Assembly (NCBI RefSeq): GCF_009834535.1 | Contig: NC_045696.1 | Coordinates: 109,680,001-109,744,000, forward strand | Length of the DNA stretch: 64,000 nucleotides | Source: Camelus ferus | Lineage: Eukaryota | Direction of reading: 5' to 3' | In this document: positions 1-13,492 of the stretch, one piece after another | Layout: each line of letters opens with the position of its first letter | Numbering within the stretch: position 1 is the first letter of the stretch | The notes under the pieces: generated by a model | What the model saw: only the letters and a program-made list of their open reading frames with translations | Databases searched by the model: none | What the model was told of the DNA's origin: nothing | Translations under genes and position numbers: made by a program

Positions 1-413
1 TCAGGAGTAGGATTGACCTGTCTAAAGCTCCAGCTTCACCATGGCACATATTGACCATAATACTGGCTGCAGACGTGCAAGTTTGTAGCAGTTTCATCCT
101 ATTTGACTTACTTTGTGCCAGGTTAATTGGCTTCTCAAGGTAGGATAGGGTGGCCCTGATTTATACGAGGGAAAGTGCTGGTATCAATTCAAGTCATTTT
201 AAGCATGAATTTCCCTTAATGCCCTCTGGTGCTGTCCAGGCCCATCTCATGATGACTAACGCCATTCAGCATCCATCTAACACTGGGCTGCACAGGCAAG
301 GCAGATAAAGGATCATCGGGACAGGCATTCAGGACCTGGAAAGAGTATCGCTGGTCCCCACCCTTACCAGATTCCAAGCTCCTAGGGTCACATGATCCTT
401 CCCAAATACTTAC

Positions 414-591
414 GTGTTTCTCCTCTTAGATTACGAATAGCAGTGACATATTCATATCCAAGGTACAGCTGGGAGTCCATCTTAGGGGGGATCTTTAAGA
501 ACCCATTGGCAGAGTCCTTAAACAGCAGGTCCTTTCCATGAGGGGAGCTGAAGAGCTGGAATTCCGTAGATTTATCTTTGCCAAAATGTTG
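414..591 (-). CDS. TF: TF exon 8
   Basis: [59 protein letters not shown]; 178 nt; donor GTAAGT; K296. Confidence 0.96.
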
Positions 592-3500
592 CTGTTTGTA
601 ATAAAACACAGAACCAAATGACTACAGCAACATGGGAGGCCGCAATATGGCACTGAAGAAAATTTAAAAACCCAGGAAACCAAATGAAAACCGTGAAATT
701 TTCAAAATGCCAGGAGAGAGAGCAGCTGGACCTGCTCTTTCCCACCCAGCACCTTCTCCATTCACAGCCCTCTTGAGCCACGTTAACACCTGATTTCCCT
801 GAATGTGTTTCTGTGCTTGTCTCCCTGGCTGGATGAGAGCTCACTGAGCACAAGAAATGCATCTCCTTCGGAGGCTGACACCGTGTGGTTGCCACTTAGA
901 CCTCTGATGGGCAGATGGGAGGGCAGGGCGCGAGAAGGTCGGCTCAGCTCTGGCGTTCTGCTGCTCTAGAGGAGGAGAGCTGGCTGTGTGTGTTACTCCC
1001 TTGCAGTCAGGCTGAGGGACGTGGGAAGAGAGATCATTTCACTTCCATCGGGAGAGAAACGGAATAGAGCAATAAGGAGCATCTTCATGTCACTAGTCCA
1101 AAACGTAAGGGTCTGGCAGACCAGGCCGTAGGACCAGGCTCTGTGCAGCTCTGAGAGGAGGCCCTGCCGGGTGCTTTCATACAAGCAGGTGGTGTTCACT
1201 TCTATGTCCTGAACACAGAAGGACTTCTACAGTGGCAAGAAGGGAGTGAAGGAAGATGCTCCTAATCCAAGCAGGGTCTGCTAAGCAGGAAAGAGGACAG
1301 TGGATTCAATACCTGGGCCTGGTTGAGAAGCTCCCAGATCAAGTCCTCCTTGCCGCCCACGCTGCGGGCCACGACGGCGTGGGAAGGGACCTGCGCCAGG
1401 TGGCACTCCTTGTATTCGTCCACAGGCTTCCGGGTGTTGTCCCTGCAGAGCAGCTCATACTGGTCCCTGTCAGCCTTGTTAGCCAGGTTCTCTGGGGGAC
1501 AGAAGCCCAGATGAGCTGACTGCAGGCAGAGCCATGAGCCCTTGTACCCTCCTCTCCCTTGCAACCCCACTGAATCCTAAACTGTGTGAGCTAAGAAGCC
1601 TTGAGTGAACACTGAGGGCCAGAAGGAAACTGACTTGCCAAAGATCCCACAGCCAGTTATAGGCCAAGAAGCTTCTGATGTGTTCAGGGTGACTGCCTAT
1701 ACCCCACAATAGGTTTCATCTCGGCAGGCTTACTACAGGCCAAGGTCAGCCAGACCTGCCCCCAACCCTTTGCTATTGCAACACTGACCAGGAGGAAGGA
1801 TCCCTGTGTCCAGGAGGTTGAATGATGGAAAGAGGCCCAGGAGTCCACGGGAGCACCCCACAGGCACACACCTCTGCACAGGTAAACACCCCAGCAGTGA
1901 TAAAGGTGGAGCACACTATGCTCATCTCTGACTACTGAACATTGAAAAGGAGGCAGAAAGAAAAGGAGGGCCCTCTGCTTGGGGGGGAACTCCAAATTCT
2001 TCCCCATCACGTACCCAGTACCGTTGAGTGCTTGACAAAGGCCACGTCCCCAGCACCGTCCATCAGACACCTGTGGGTAAGAGACTCATTAGGAGAGTTC
2101 CTGCAGGGCAAGCCCTTCTTCTCAGGCTTGAGGGTCTGACCCCACTGTCCAGCCCTGGGACAAGGGCAGAGCCTGTCCTCAGACCTGCAGCTGTGGAAGC
2201 ACCATGGTGTCCTGCCATCCAGGGTACCACCAAATTGGGGGGATGAGCCCACAGGACCTGGAGGTCCTTCACCATGTGCCCCAAAGCATCAAAAAGGCAT
2301 TGAATATACTGAAAAATGTTTTCAAACTTCCGGTGGAGGATACAGGCATAGGGTCTCCTGAAGGAGGAAAGGTGCCCTTGGCTTTCTATACAAGTTTAGG
2401 ATATAACCAAGGGGAATGAGGGAGCAAGAAAGGAGCCACATCAGCTGCCTGCACAGGGGCAGTGAAGGCAGGCAGGAGAGAGGCCAGTGCATTGAGTGGG
2501 TTACACTGATGCAGTGGAAAGCAGAGGGTCTGTCACCAAAGAATGGTGTGGACACTAGGGCCATGCCTGTCACTTCAGGCTCTGCCTAGTCCACTGAGAG
2601 AACTCTCGGGAGACAGTAAGGGTCCCAGGAGAGGGGCTCCCTTTTCAATGTCATAGGAAGGGAGTACGCGCTGGCCTGTAGGGAGCCCCAGCCTGAGGAC
2701 ACCGGACACTTAGGAGCCCAGATGGAGCAGGAGTTGGTCCCACTCACTTGAAGGCCCCCGAGTAGCCGAAGTACGGTTCGTGGTTGGAGCAGGCGCACTT
2801 GTCTGTTCCTTTCCCCGCACACAGTTGACACAGTTTGGGGAAGGCTGTCCGATCCGCACAGGGGACACAGCTGGCCGCAAAGAAACTGGACGCTGCTGCT
2901 CAACGTGGAGAAACAGAGGCACAGAGCATGAGCCAGCCTGGCCAGAAGCAATTACAGCCCCTGGCCCAGACTTGCGAGGGAATAGAGCAAGACCCAAACA
3001 AAACCAGCACCCCCAGACCCAGTTCGCCCTTGTGAGTGTTCACGCTTCAAGATCAAGGATTTCCAAAAAGGGATGAGTTAACCTCTGCCCTCCCAACCCC
3101 TTCCCCAGAACCAGGCCTGTGCCTGCCACCAACCAAGGCCTTTCTCAGGTCACTGTCAGCCCCCTTCCCTGCCTTATCCGACTGGAACAACTCAGAGAGA
3201 GGTCTCCTCAGGGAGCCCGAGAGATTAGGGGACCTGCCTGGAGAGGTGCAGGCCAAGTTCATGGCCAGAAGATAGGATAGCCACCAGAGAAAGCTCCAGC
3301 AGAATGGGAAACACATCAGCCACAGACAGGAAAGCACCCCAGGGAAGTGGACAGAGGGGCCCAGCAACCTTGGCCCTGATTGCAGCCCTCCATCCGGCCT
3401 GATGCCCTTCCCCCACCTCCCCACTCCTCAGGACCACTTCTAGTGGGGTGTTGGGAGCTCTGAGAAAAAAGGACTCTTGTGACAGCCCCTAACGGCTGCC

Positions 3501-6500
3501 GGTGCAGCAGACCTGCCAGTTTAAAGCTAGTTAACCTCCCACCTCCACTCTCAGAGTCATCACACGTGACCACTGGATCGTCTCTGAGTGACCCCGGTGT
3601 AGCCCGTATGGGCATCTGGAGAAGAGATGCTTGCCGAGGGCACTCACCATCCTGCCCACTTACCTTTCTGAAGAGATTCCTGTGGCTCAGGCAGTTCCCA
3701 ATAAAGTAAGCCCATGGGGATGTTCCACCCAGCGGACCTGCCAAGGCCTGTGTGGCAGGACTTCTTGCCTTGGAGCTGGTTCAGCTGGAGGTTACTGCCC
3801 TTCTTCACCACGGCCACAGAGTAATATTTGGTTTGTGGTTCTGCAAAGGCACAATGTGAATGAAAGACTCTCAAACTGGGCCCCAGGGAAGCATTGCTCA
3901 TCACTACTGGGCTCCTGAGTAAGAAAGGGGAACCCAGGGATAACATTTATGGTGGGTTGGGTCGTAAAGAGGGAAGGATCAAAAAAACCTCCCTAGGCTT
4001 GTGGGGGAAAGAAAGGACCACAGAGGAGACATTGGTAATAACCCTTCAGGCAAACCCAGGAGCACGAAGGCCACGTACATGCACATCCCGATGCTTTTGC
4101 CTAGCCTCACATCCTGCGGGGAGTGTCTGCCTTACACCTACCAAGCCAAGCCCCCCAGGAGACTGGAACTGTGGCAGCAGAGGCCACATCATGGCTCTGT
4201 CTAAGTGTTCCTGTCCCCTGACAGAGGCCCAGGGACAGTTGGGTTGCTCTCAGAAGAGATGCAGGGCTGTCAGGGCACTGACTCTGTGGTCTCTCCTCTG
4301 ATTGGGATTCTTGGCGGGCTCCTCTTTACAGCTCCAAGCCCCAATGGTTCAGCTCGGTGGCACACAACCTGCTCTGTTTCTCCAGAGAGCACACATTCTG
4401 GCCCAGGAGGTCCGCGTCATGAGCACCAGTCCTCAACCAGCCCAAAGACCCAGAGCCCTTGAGCTGTGCCTGTGGTGGTCGATGGGGTCCTTCATTTCCC
4501 ATTCACTCCCCAGCGGGGGGAATCTCATCAGGATCTAATCCCCATTACCAGCCCAAGTGAGACAAGACTCGGCATCTACCAGGAGAGAGCAAAGATCACA
4601 GACGCCTTCCTCCACCCCCAGGGGGACTCACCATCTTTTGTCCCATAGAACTCTGCCACGACCGGCTTCAGGCTGTAGGGCTTCAGGCCGGCCTCGAACA
4701 CCAAGCCCGCGTCCAGTGTCACAGCATCAGCTTCATCGTCCTGGAAGAGACCAGACCAGACTCCAGTGAAGCCCTTACGTCCGAGGAAGGCCTACTCATA
4801 CTTGGGCACATGGGGGTGACTGGCGGGGCTCCCTGGATCTGGGGCCGAGACCTCACACAACACCGCGGGCTTCAGTTGACTCTCCCTCCCTGGTGAAGGG
4901 GATTTGGCCACCACATTTTTACTCCTCGTGCAGAGAGGAAGGAATGGCTCATTTTTCTCTTTTCGCTGGTGAGGAGTCCAGCTCTCAGCCCAGAAAACTA
5001 CTGTGATTTTACAAGATTGACCCGAATTACAGAGGCTTTACCAGCAGGCCTCTTGGGGGAAACCTGCCCCCCGCCACCCAGCACCAGCCTGGGTGCAATG
5101 GCCAAGCACGACCGGCTCTGAGAGGCTGCAGTCAAGGTCTCGGTTCCTCCCCTTGGCCCTGCTCTTACGCAAGTTTACATTTCAAGCCAGGTGCTTTCCT
5201 TTGGTGACCTCCTTATCGTGGGCCTTCTGCTGAGGTCTTCCTAAGGTACCTCTGTCAAGACTGCCTTATGGCGGAAGGGAGCCTTGAAAACACTCTTCTC
5301 TACTCTGATTTAATACCCAGTACTTTTCCTTCCTGCCCTGGGTCCACATAACTGCAGGAGTCTTTTGTTCAGGGATTGCTGCTGTCTCTGGGTTTAACTT
5401 CTTTCTTATTTTCTGAACTGAGTGTTAAATGCTAATTATTACATCTATTATGGCTGATGGTTCATTTGATCAACTACTCAGACGCCACTGTCCAACTCAG
5501 CTGCATTTTACACATACAAAAATAGAGGCACAGAAAGTTTAAGTCACTTCCCCTGGCCACAGGGCTAGTAAGTCATGGAGCTGGGGTTTGAATCCAGGCA
5601 GTGTGGGTTTATTTCTTCCAATACACTGTTACTTGCTGGTTCTTTTGTTTTTGTTTTTAGTTTTTGCTTCTACTAATTCCCATCTTTAAACCAATAGTTC
5701 ATTTGAAAGATTATAGATAATTTCCCACTATGTCTAGAATTTATCTTCTCTTAAAGTGGGAAAGCACTGTCTCCTTTTTTTAGCACTGTCTTTTATATAG
5801 GCACTTAATAACATATTTTAATTGCCTTTTTTCTTGCTTCGAGTATCTTTAATCAGAATGATTTTCTTGAAGCCTTTGCTGGTACTCCATAAATAGTTCT
5901 TACTGATTTAAATTACAAGGCAGAAACTATAGCTCCATGATTTGTGTCCTGTTACAGATAAGTAATAAAACAATACTATTTCTAAATGAAATAAAATAAT
6001 AATGTAAGCCAAACAATATATTTGTCTAGCTGAAACTTTTCTTTCAATGGTTGAAATTGTTTTTGTTGTTTTGTTGTAATAAAGCATATAACATAAAATC
6101 TACCATTTAATAATTTTTAAGTGTACATTTCAGTGCCATTGAAAACATTCACAACTGGTGAAGGACTCTCTTATTCCACAACTAGACTCCGTATATGACA
6201 AAATCTTTGTGGCTTTCTTGATATCTCAAAAGGTAGGTGAAATCTCCAGAGGCTCTCCTCACCCACCCCAAAAGGAAATTAGTAAACAAACAAGAGCTTT
6301 TTCTAGAGCAGTGAGGTTGGGGCTTTCTTGGTCCAGACACCAGGAATCTGGGCAAGATTCACTGGGGCCTCAGGGGCTCCGGAACCAACAAGCCAAGTCC
6401 CAGCTCATGGGGTCCATGAGAGCAACAGGGGTTCCCAAGGGAACCCGAACCAGCAGGGAGGGGGAGGATTAAAATCACACGTGACCTCCCAGGTGCAGAT

Positions 6501-9500
6501 AACCAAACCCACAAAGAGGCAGGCCACAATGCATGGACATCAACAGGAACAAGAGACTTGGGCCCTCAAGGATTGTGGAGGTTCGAATTGTCAGAAGCAA
6601 CGAACAAGCGCTACAACGTGTGTACTTTATGTGCAAAGTGAAAGCTACAATCATGGAGATAAGCACAGAGAAGGAAATTATCAGGGACAAAAAGAAAAAT
6701 TGTTTAAACTGGTGCTTCTAGAAGCAAAGCAATATAACTGTTGAAATAAAAAGTGAACGAATCAGCAACAAGTTGAGTAGACATGTTAAATTGAGAATTA
6801 GGGAACCGGAAGCGATATCTGAAGAATTTATCCTGAATGCTGCTAAAAAGAGGTGCAGAGACAGAAGCTATGAAAGAGGGGTTAAAAAATATGGAAGCTA
6901 GATTAAAGAAGGCCTAACATGTGTCTTCTTGGGATCCTAGCATTAAAAAAGAACTGAAGAAAGGGCAGTATTTAAAGAGATAATGCTGCAAATTTTCCAG
7001 GACCGATGAAAACCATAACTCCAAAGATCTAGGATATTCTGAGCAAGATAAGTACCAAGATTTCATAACTGGAAATATCATAGTGAATATATGGAGCATC
7101 CTAGACCAAGGGCATGAAATCTCAGAGTTATCCTGAGAGAAGATGATTGAAGGAATGACAGGTTAACACCAGACTTTTCAATGACTGCAATGAAAATCAG
7201 GACACAGTGGAATAATATTTTAAAACAGTATAAAAATGTCAAACTAAAATTATACATTCAGAAAAATTATCATTCAAGAATAAGGGGACGATTAAAGCAT
7301 TTGCAGACAAAACAAACAAGCAAACAACAGAGAGAGTTTAACACCAAGAGACTGACTCTAAAATGGCACCAAAGGAACATATTTCAAGAAGAAAACATAT
7401 TCCAGAAGGATGGTCTGAAATATAAGAAGAAATGGTAAACAGATCAAATGGCAAAAACGTTAGGTAAATCCAAATCTCCCTCTCTCTCTCTCCTCCCTCC
7501 CTCTTTCTGAATTTTTGGGTATGTACACACACACATATTTGTATAGTATTTATATATACTGTCTACAAATACATGAAATGTCTACATTCCAGGGTTAAGA
7601 AAAGATAGACATAAAATATCAAATAGTAATATCTAATCAGGGAAGAAGGAAGTCTGAGTTACTGTATTTCAGTTTTTTTATTGTTTCAGAAGGGGACTCA
7701 GGATTATTTTACTGTAAAATTTGTTAAGCTAAAATTATACAGTAAAAATTGAAAGGAAATCATTAAAGAATATAAATAAATCATTTAAGTTTACTACCAG
7801 TGGGGGAAAAGAGGAATAAAGGGAAAACAATCTAAATGAACACACACATGTACAAACTCAATTTTTAAAAATCAGAAAAGGAAAAATCAGAAATTAGGGG
7901 GCAAGCAGGACTAAGAGAAATGAAAAAGTAATATGGCAGAAATAAGTCAAAATTTATCAATGATAATGATTATTATTGGTCTAAATTTACCATGTAAAAT
8001 AAATAAGATTGTCAGATTGCATTAATAAACAAAATCCAGCAATATACAGTTTTCAAAAGACACACCTGAAGGATAAACACATAGAAAGTCAAAAATAAAG
8101 GAATGGAAAAAGACTCAGTATTTACACAATGGAATACTACTCAGTCATAAAAAGAATAAAGTAATGCCATTTGCAGCAACATGGATAGATCTAGAGATCG
8201 TCATTCTAAGTGAAGTAAGTCAGAAAGAGAAAGAAAAATACCATATGATATCACTCATATGTGGAATCTAAAAAAAAGAAAAAGAAAAAAAGGACATTAT
8301 GAACTCATCTACAAAACAGAAGCAGACTCACAGACATAGTAAACAATTTTATAGTTACTGGGAGAAAGGGGGTGGGAAGGGATAAATTTGGGAGTTTGAG
8401 ATTTACAAATGTTAGCCACTATATATAGATTTTAAAGTTTCTGTTGTATAGCACAGGGAACTATGTTCAATATTTGTAATAACCTTTAATGAAAAAAAGA
8501 TGAAAACGAATATATGTCTTTATACACGCATGACTAAGACATTGTGCTGTACACCAGAAATTGACACATTGTAACTGATGGTACTGCAATAAAAAAAAGG
8601 AAAAGAAAAAGATACAGAAGGAGAATACTAACCAAAATAGATTTGATGTAGTATGTTAGTATCAGAAAAATAGAGGTTAGTCAAAAAGCACTGACAGAAA
8701 TAGTGATTATTTCATAATGATAAAATATCAAATTCACCAAGAATGATATGGATTAGTCTCTCATACACTGCTGGTGAGAGTGGAAATTGGAATAACTACA
8801 TTGGATTTGCTTAAAACCCAAATACATTTGGCATTGTCTTAAAAGTAAAATACTCACATATCCCATGGCACAGAAAATCTGCTCCTACATCTATATTCAA
8901 GAAAAACTATTAATACTTGTGTCCCAGGAGATTTGTATAGAAATACTCCTCAAGCCCTGATTAGAAAAACAAAAAACTGGAAACAACCCGAATGCCTAAT
9001 GACCCGAAAAGAAAAAATAAATTGTGGTACCCTAACACAATGGACTTTTGTAGAGCTCTCAAAATGAATGAACAATAGGGGTGAAATCTTAGCATAATAT
9101 GTGGGGGGAGAAAAACAAGTATAAGAAGACAGCACATAGTAAAGTCATGTTTATAAAATATTTTAAGAAGCAAAACTATATGAACATTCACACATACCTA
9201 TAAAAGTCTTGAAACTAAGATAAAAGGCAAGAAATTTTAAGGATTCTGTTTGCGCTGGATGGGGAAACACATAAGTAGTTGTAAGTAGGGCAAGGGCTTA
9301 CATCACCCTGAGTGGTGCTGTTCCCACAGAATCCAGTGCGGCCACACAGCCGCCCTAGAAGTGAGCTATTGTTAATGACAAAGTTCCAAGAACCTCTAGT
9401 GGGTTTGTGGATAACATTGTTTCATATTATTAATATATTTAAAAACAAAGAGGGGCATGCATATACCAAAGCTGAAAGCATGTAATAAATCAAGAATTAT

Positions 9501-12500
9501 AATTAACCCATGATAGTAACTGAGGTTCAGTTTTTTTGAAAAACCACGGAATAGTCCAGTTGTTTGTACCAAATCACTGATCCTTGAGTTAATCATGCTC
9601 CATTTGGCTGAGTAAACCTCTCCCACCTCATTCTTCCTTCCAGTCTCCTGCCGGCTCTGCTCTTGTCACCCTAGCCTCCCTACAGAAACCCAAACAAGCC
9701 CAGCTCTCCCCATGTCTCAGGCCCTTTGCACATGGTATGGTTCATCAGCTGGCATATTCTACCCATAGCCCTTGGCAGGCTTACCTGTGCTCATCCCTGG
9801 GGTTTCAGCTTCATTGCTCCCTCTCAGGGAGATTGTCCCTGACACCCAGGCCAAAGCAAGTTTCCTCTGAGAGTTTCTGTTTCTTTTCCTTTGTTGTCCA
9901 TCACACAATTTGAAATTACATGTCTACTTATTTGCATGTTTTTCTTCTCTCCTGACTAGACTGTATGCTCCTCAAGAGTAAGGACCATGTGTGTTTAAAT
10001 TCACCACTGCAGCCCCATTGCCCAGCACAGGGTCTGACACATATTCAGATGGGCAGGAACAATGCTGAAGGAGTGAAGAGTATTTGGAAAACCTAGAAAT
10101 CAAAGGGATCAGCCATCATCTGCAGTCACGACGATGTATTCCTCTTCCCTGCGTGCATCATTCATCTATATCTTGCAATGCATCGAGAACTTCCAAAACA
10201 GTGTTACATGGTCATCTTGATAGTAAGTACTCTTGTTTTATTCTCTGAGTTCAGAGAACTTAGTGGCTCAAAATAGTCCCCTTTCAGAGTATGTTGGATT
10301 TTGCTTTACGACTCATCAAAGGTGGACCGATCCTATTTCCACTTCTGAAGTGATTTTATCAGCACTAGGAGTTGGCTGCTCCCCACGCCACCCCCTACCT
10401 GTGAGTACAGAATCACCTCAGGAGAAAGAGAAAGTATGGGTTTTCTTCCACTCTCCTTTAGGCAGCAGTGACTTACCGCAATGGCCTTGATGCAGTCGAG
10501 ATAGCTGGTTTTCTTTACACAGGAGACAACAGGACCAGCCTCAAGGACAGTATTCATATTTTCACGGAAACTGGAGCACTTACTGGCTTCATGACTTGAA
10601 ACGGTGCACCATCTCACAGTTTTATCAGGGACAGCCAGGCACAGCCCTAGGGGAGAGACACCAGAGATCCCTGTGTCAGTGGGAGAGACAGCTGCACCCT
10701 CGGAAGGGTCATGAAGGCTGCATCCCCTCTGTCCTGCCCTCCTTCCACTCCTGTCCACAAACAATGAAGGGCATGGGCTCCGCTACACTCTGAGTCTGGG
10801 GACAAGTGATGGGCACACTAGTGGCCTCTTAGTTTCCCACTGACCAGCCTGTGCTGGTCAGAGGGATGCCGGCTTGACCATCAGCTCTCAGTTGGAGACA
10901 GTGATCTGCTCCTCTGTTCTCTGAGTCTCCTTCATTCATCGTCATGGCCTGTGACCTGCCACGGGACACAGACTTCAGGATGCACAAGGAAGTTTTAGCT
11001 ACATCAAGGTGTTGGCTCAGTGCTACAACTCTGGGAAGCCAGAAGGGTAGGCATTACATCTTTTAGTATTTAGTATCTTTTAGAGATGAGGAAACTGGGC
11101 TCAGAGAGGGCTACTTTACCCAAGGTTACCTAGCCTGTTAGTAGCTGGTCTCTAGTTAGTAGACCAGGTCTCCAGACTTTGGTCTCTGCCCAGGGAACAA
11201 AAGAAGATAACGTTGAGTTGTTTTCCATCTTCTTGGCCAGTAGATAGGGGTAAATGATTGATGAAGCAATGAATTTGTTTGTGACACTTGTCTGTCATCC
11301 TTTGATTCAGGAATAACTAGAAACTCCACGTATTGAATGTTTTTCTCTGTTTCTGATGACCCATCCCTCAGTTTCTACCATTAGGCTTTTTGGCTGCCAC
11401 TGGGAGAAGCTAAAGCCAGCCATGTCTGTAGTTATTAATCCACATATTTGCAGACATGTTGTCCCCATGATGTGAGCATTTGGCACTGCCCCCAAAGTCC
11501 TCTGTCATTTCTTCTCTGTGGACTAACAGCACAGGGCTGACTTAGGGAAGTTGATGAATATCCGCAAAGCACAAAGCAGGAGCAGGGAGGGAATGGCTCT
11601 CCCAGATAGAAAAGGAGGGGCCGTAGGGAATTACTCCCCCCAAGCACCCTTTATTCTACCTCTGCCCTTGGGAAATCAAAGCAGGCAACAGGGGGTCAGT
11701 GGCAGGTCCTCCCCAAAACCACTTCTCCAAACCCTCCCCAAACTATCCCTCTTGAGGTCCCAGGGCAGGAATTTGCCCTCAGTCATGTATTTACTTTCCA
11801 CAGCCCTATGAGATTTTCTGAAGTTGGGAAGAGGGGAGGGCAAAGGCAGGCAAGGTGGGTGGACTCTCAAGGGCTAACTTTTTCAGAGAGACAAATAACC
11901 TCACACAGAAGGCTCCAAAGATATGACAAATGCCCCATGAGTGGCAGGCAAAAGTTAGAAGATACAGGGGGCCCAACAGTTTCAAGAGATGATGGGTGTG
12001 GGAGGGCCATCCAGCGACAGGCTCTGAAGCACAGATGTGTGCAGCAAAGTCCACTCCACTAGTGCCTGGATCTGTGGTCTCATTTATTCTCACCTGACCC
12101 TCCCAGTCCAGGCTATAGTACCCTTCTCACTGCTAAGGACCCAAAAAGTTTGGCTTCAAATTCCACACTCTGAACCCCTTGACAGCCCTGCCTCATTAGC
12201 GGGCCATGGAGAGCATCAGCAGCATCCATGGGGCATCAGACCGTCCTTGGGGATTGGGGCACATTGGGGGAGGTCTTGAAAGCCATTCTAAGCTGTTTGG
12301 ACTTGCTTGAAACCGCAGCGAAGGGATTTGCTAAACCACGATGGAAGTGCCCCAATTTATTGTATTCCCCTACTACAAGATTTACTGGGTATGAGGAGGA
12401 GGAAGCAGGGAGAGCGTGAAAAGTGGCAGAGGCACAGGCAGCGCCAGCAGATGCAAGCTGGTGTAAAGCTGCCCCAAAGCTGTCCCCGAGGCTGTGCTGA

Positions 12501-12684
12501 AGGAGGTGCAGAGGGGCGGCGGGGAGAAGTAAAGGAGAGGTCCCGGGCTTCCAGCCAGAACACTAAGCCCAGGGCCGGTGCGGCGGGCTCCGGGGCTCAG
12601 GGGGCTCAGCGACTCCGGGCCTTCCCAGGGCCCGCACTCACCCAGGACCGCGCAGGCCAACAGGGCGCGGACGGCGAGCCTCAT
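414..12684 (-). CDS. TF: Serotransferrin gene, exons 1-8 (signal peptide + N-lobe); 3' part is outside the window
   Basis: Eight GT-AG exons (43, 170, 109, 177, 148, 56, 179, 178 nt) with compatible phases translate [28 protein letters not shown]...IRNLRGET. Iron ligands D63, Y95, Y188, H249, anion site T120/R124 and dilysine K206/K296 are all present. Confidence 0.97.
1313..1491 (-). CDS. TF: TF exon 7
   Basis: [60 protein letters not shown]; 179 nt; H249. Confidence 0.96.
2015..2070 (-). CDS. TF: TF exon 6
   Basis: [18 protein letters not shown]; 56 nt; donor GTACGT. Confidence 0.95.
2748..2895 (-). CDS. TF: TF exon 5
   Basis: [50 protein letters not shown]; 148 nt; Y188; acceptor lies in a GAGCAGCAG tandem. 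Confidence 0.94.
3664..3840 (-). CDS. TF: TF exon 4
   Basis: [59 protein letters not shown]; 177 nt; Y95, T120, R124. Confidence 0.96.
4632..4740 (-). CDS. TF: TF exon 3
   Basis: [36 protein letters not shown]; 109 nt; AG/GTGAGT boundaries; contains D63. Confidence 0.96.
5500..5610. mobile_element. MIR SINE; others at about 11080, 15415, 15850, 26270, 26615, 33100, 49150
   Basis: CATTTTACA...GAGGCACAGAAAGTTTAAGTCACTT...GGGTTTGAATCCAGGCAGT core. Confidence 0.65.
6600..9200 (+). mobile_element. Degraded old L1 fragments in TF intron 2, with a younger L1 3' end nested at about 8118-8597
   Basis: A-rich ORF1/ORF2-like relics. The nested piece has the L1 3' motif AATGGAATACTACTCAG...GCAGCAACATGGATAGATCTAGAG, poly(A), and TSD-like GGAAAAAGA flanks. 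Confidence 0.7.
10477..10646 (-). CDS. TF: TF exon 2
   Basis: ctag|GG CTG TGC... [56 protein letters not shown] |gtaagt; 170 nt. Confidence 0.96.
12642..12684 (-). CDS. TF: TF exon 1 coding part (signal peptide [15 protein letters not shown])
   Basis: ATG at 12684, 43 nt, donor GTGAGT at 12641. Confidence 0.96.
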
Positions 12685-12764
12685 CCTCCCGGGTCTGAGG
12701 TGCGATGAGATGCGGGATGCCAAGCGCAGAGGGACCTGCTTCTGCGCCTCCTCCCTGCGTCCGG

Positions 12765-12900
12765 CGCCTCTTTATCCCCCGCGGGGCTGGCCAAGCACAA
12801 TCTTTGACCAGGCCTATGTTTGCGCAGCCCGCTTGCCCAATCGCCCCTCAGCCCTCCCCCTTCTCTCCGCGCCCTGGCTGATCGCCTCATTTCCTGACCT
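12765..12900 (-). promoter_or_regulatory. TF proximal promoter (TATA-like box, HNF4-type PRI site, C/EBP-type PRII site, central region)
   Basis: Minus strand: GATAAAG at about 12770-12776; GGTCAAAGATTG at 12798-12809; GCGATTGGGCAAG at 12832-12844; AGGTCAGGAAATGAGG near 12885-12900. Order matches the human TF promoter as I recall it; region is CpG-rich. Confidence 0.8.
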
Positions 12901-13492
12901 CTGGGACGGACCCATGGATGGAGTCCAGCAGAAAAATGCTGATTAGAGGGAAAGAAAAATAAACCCGTTGTTAACCCGCACTTGTTCTGTGCCAGGAGCA
13001 GAGCTGCCCAAGGCAGGGACGGGGATGGCTCTGCTTCCGAATCCCGAGGTGCCAGAGCTGGTCGTGCGCATTCCGTAGATGGAAGAGGGAAGGGCACTGC
13101 CCCAAATGCAGACTAGAACAGGGGAATGACAGGCAAAGACCTTCCTGGGAGAGGATGTGAGAGAAGAATGAAGCTGGTCTCGAGTCAAAAACAGGCTAAG
13201 CCTCCTTCACTTGTTGCCAGGTGCCCCCAGAAATCCTGCTCCGTCCTGGACCCTTAAAGCCCTGCGGAGGAACTGGCCCTCCCCTTGCACACAGACCCGG
13301 GACTGATAACCTTCCTTCCTGTCATACAGTCTGCTGGACACCTTGGCTAGGGACAGAGTTACAAGGGAGTCTGAGTCTCTCCCTCAAGAAGCTGCCCGGG
13401 AATGTGGTCAAGTCTCTGTGACACACAGAACAAAGTGACACAGGAGCACAAAGAAAGGGACCCAGGAGAGGATGTCGCCTGATCTCAAGGCC

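Noticed and set aside
3664..3710. TF lacks the human C137-C331 disulfide (LLYWEL) and has the longer [11 protein letters not shown] loop
   Set aside because: Known non-primate transferrin state; not novel.
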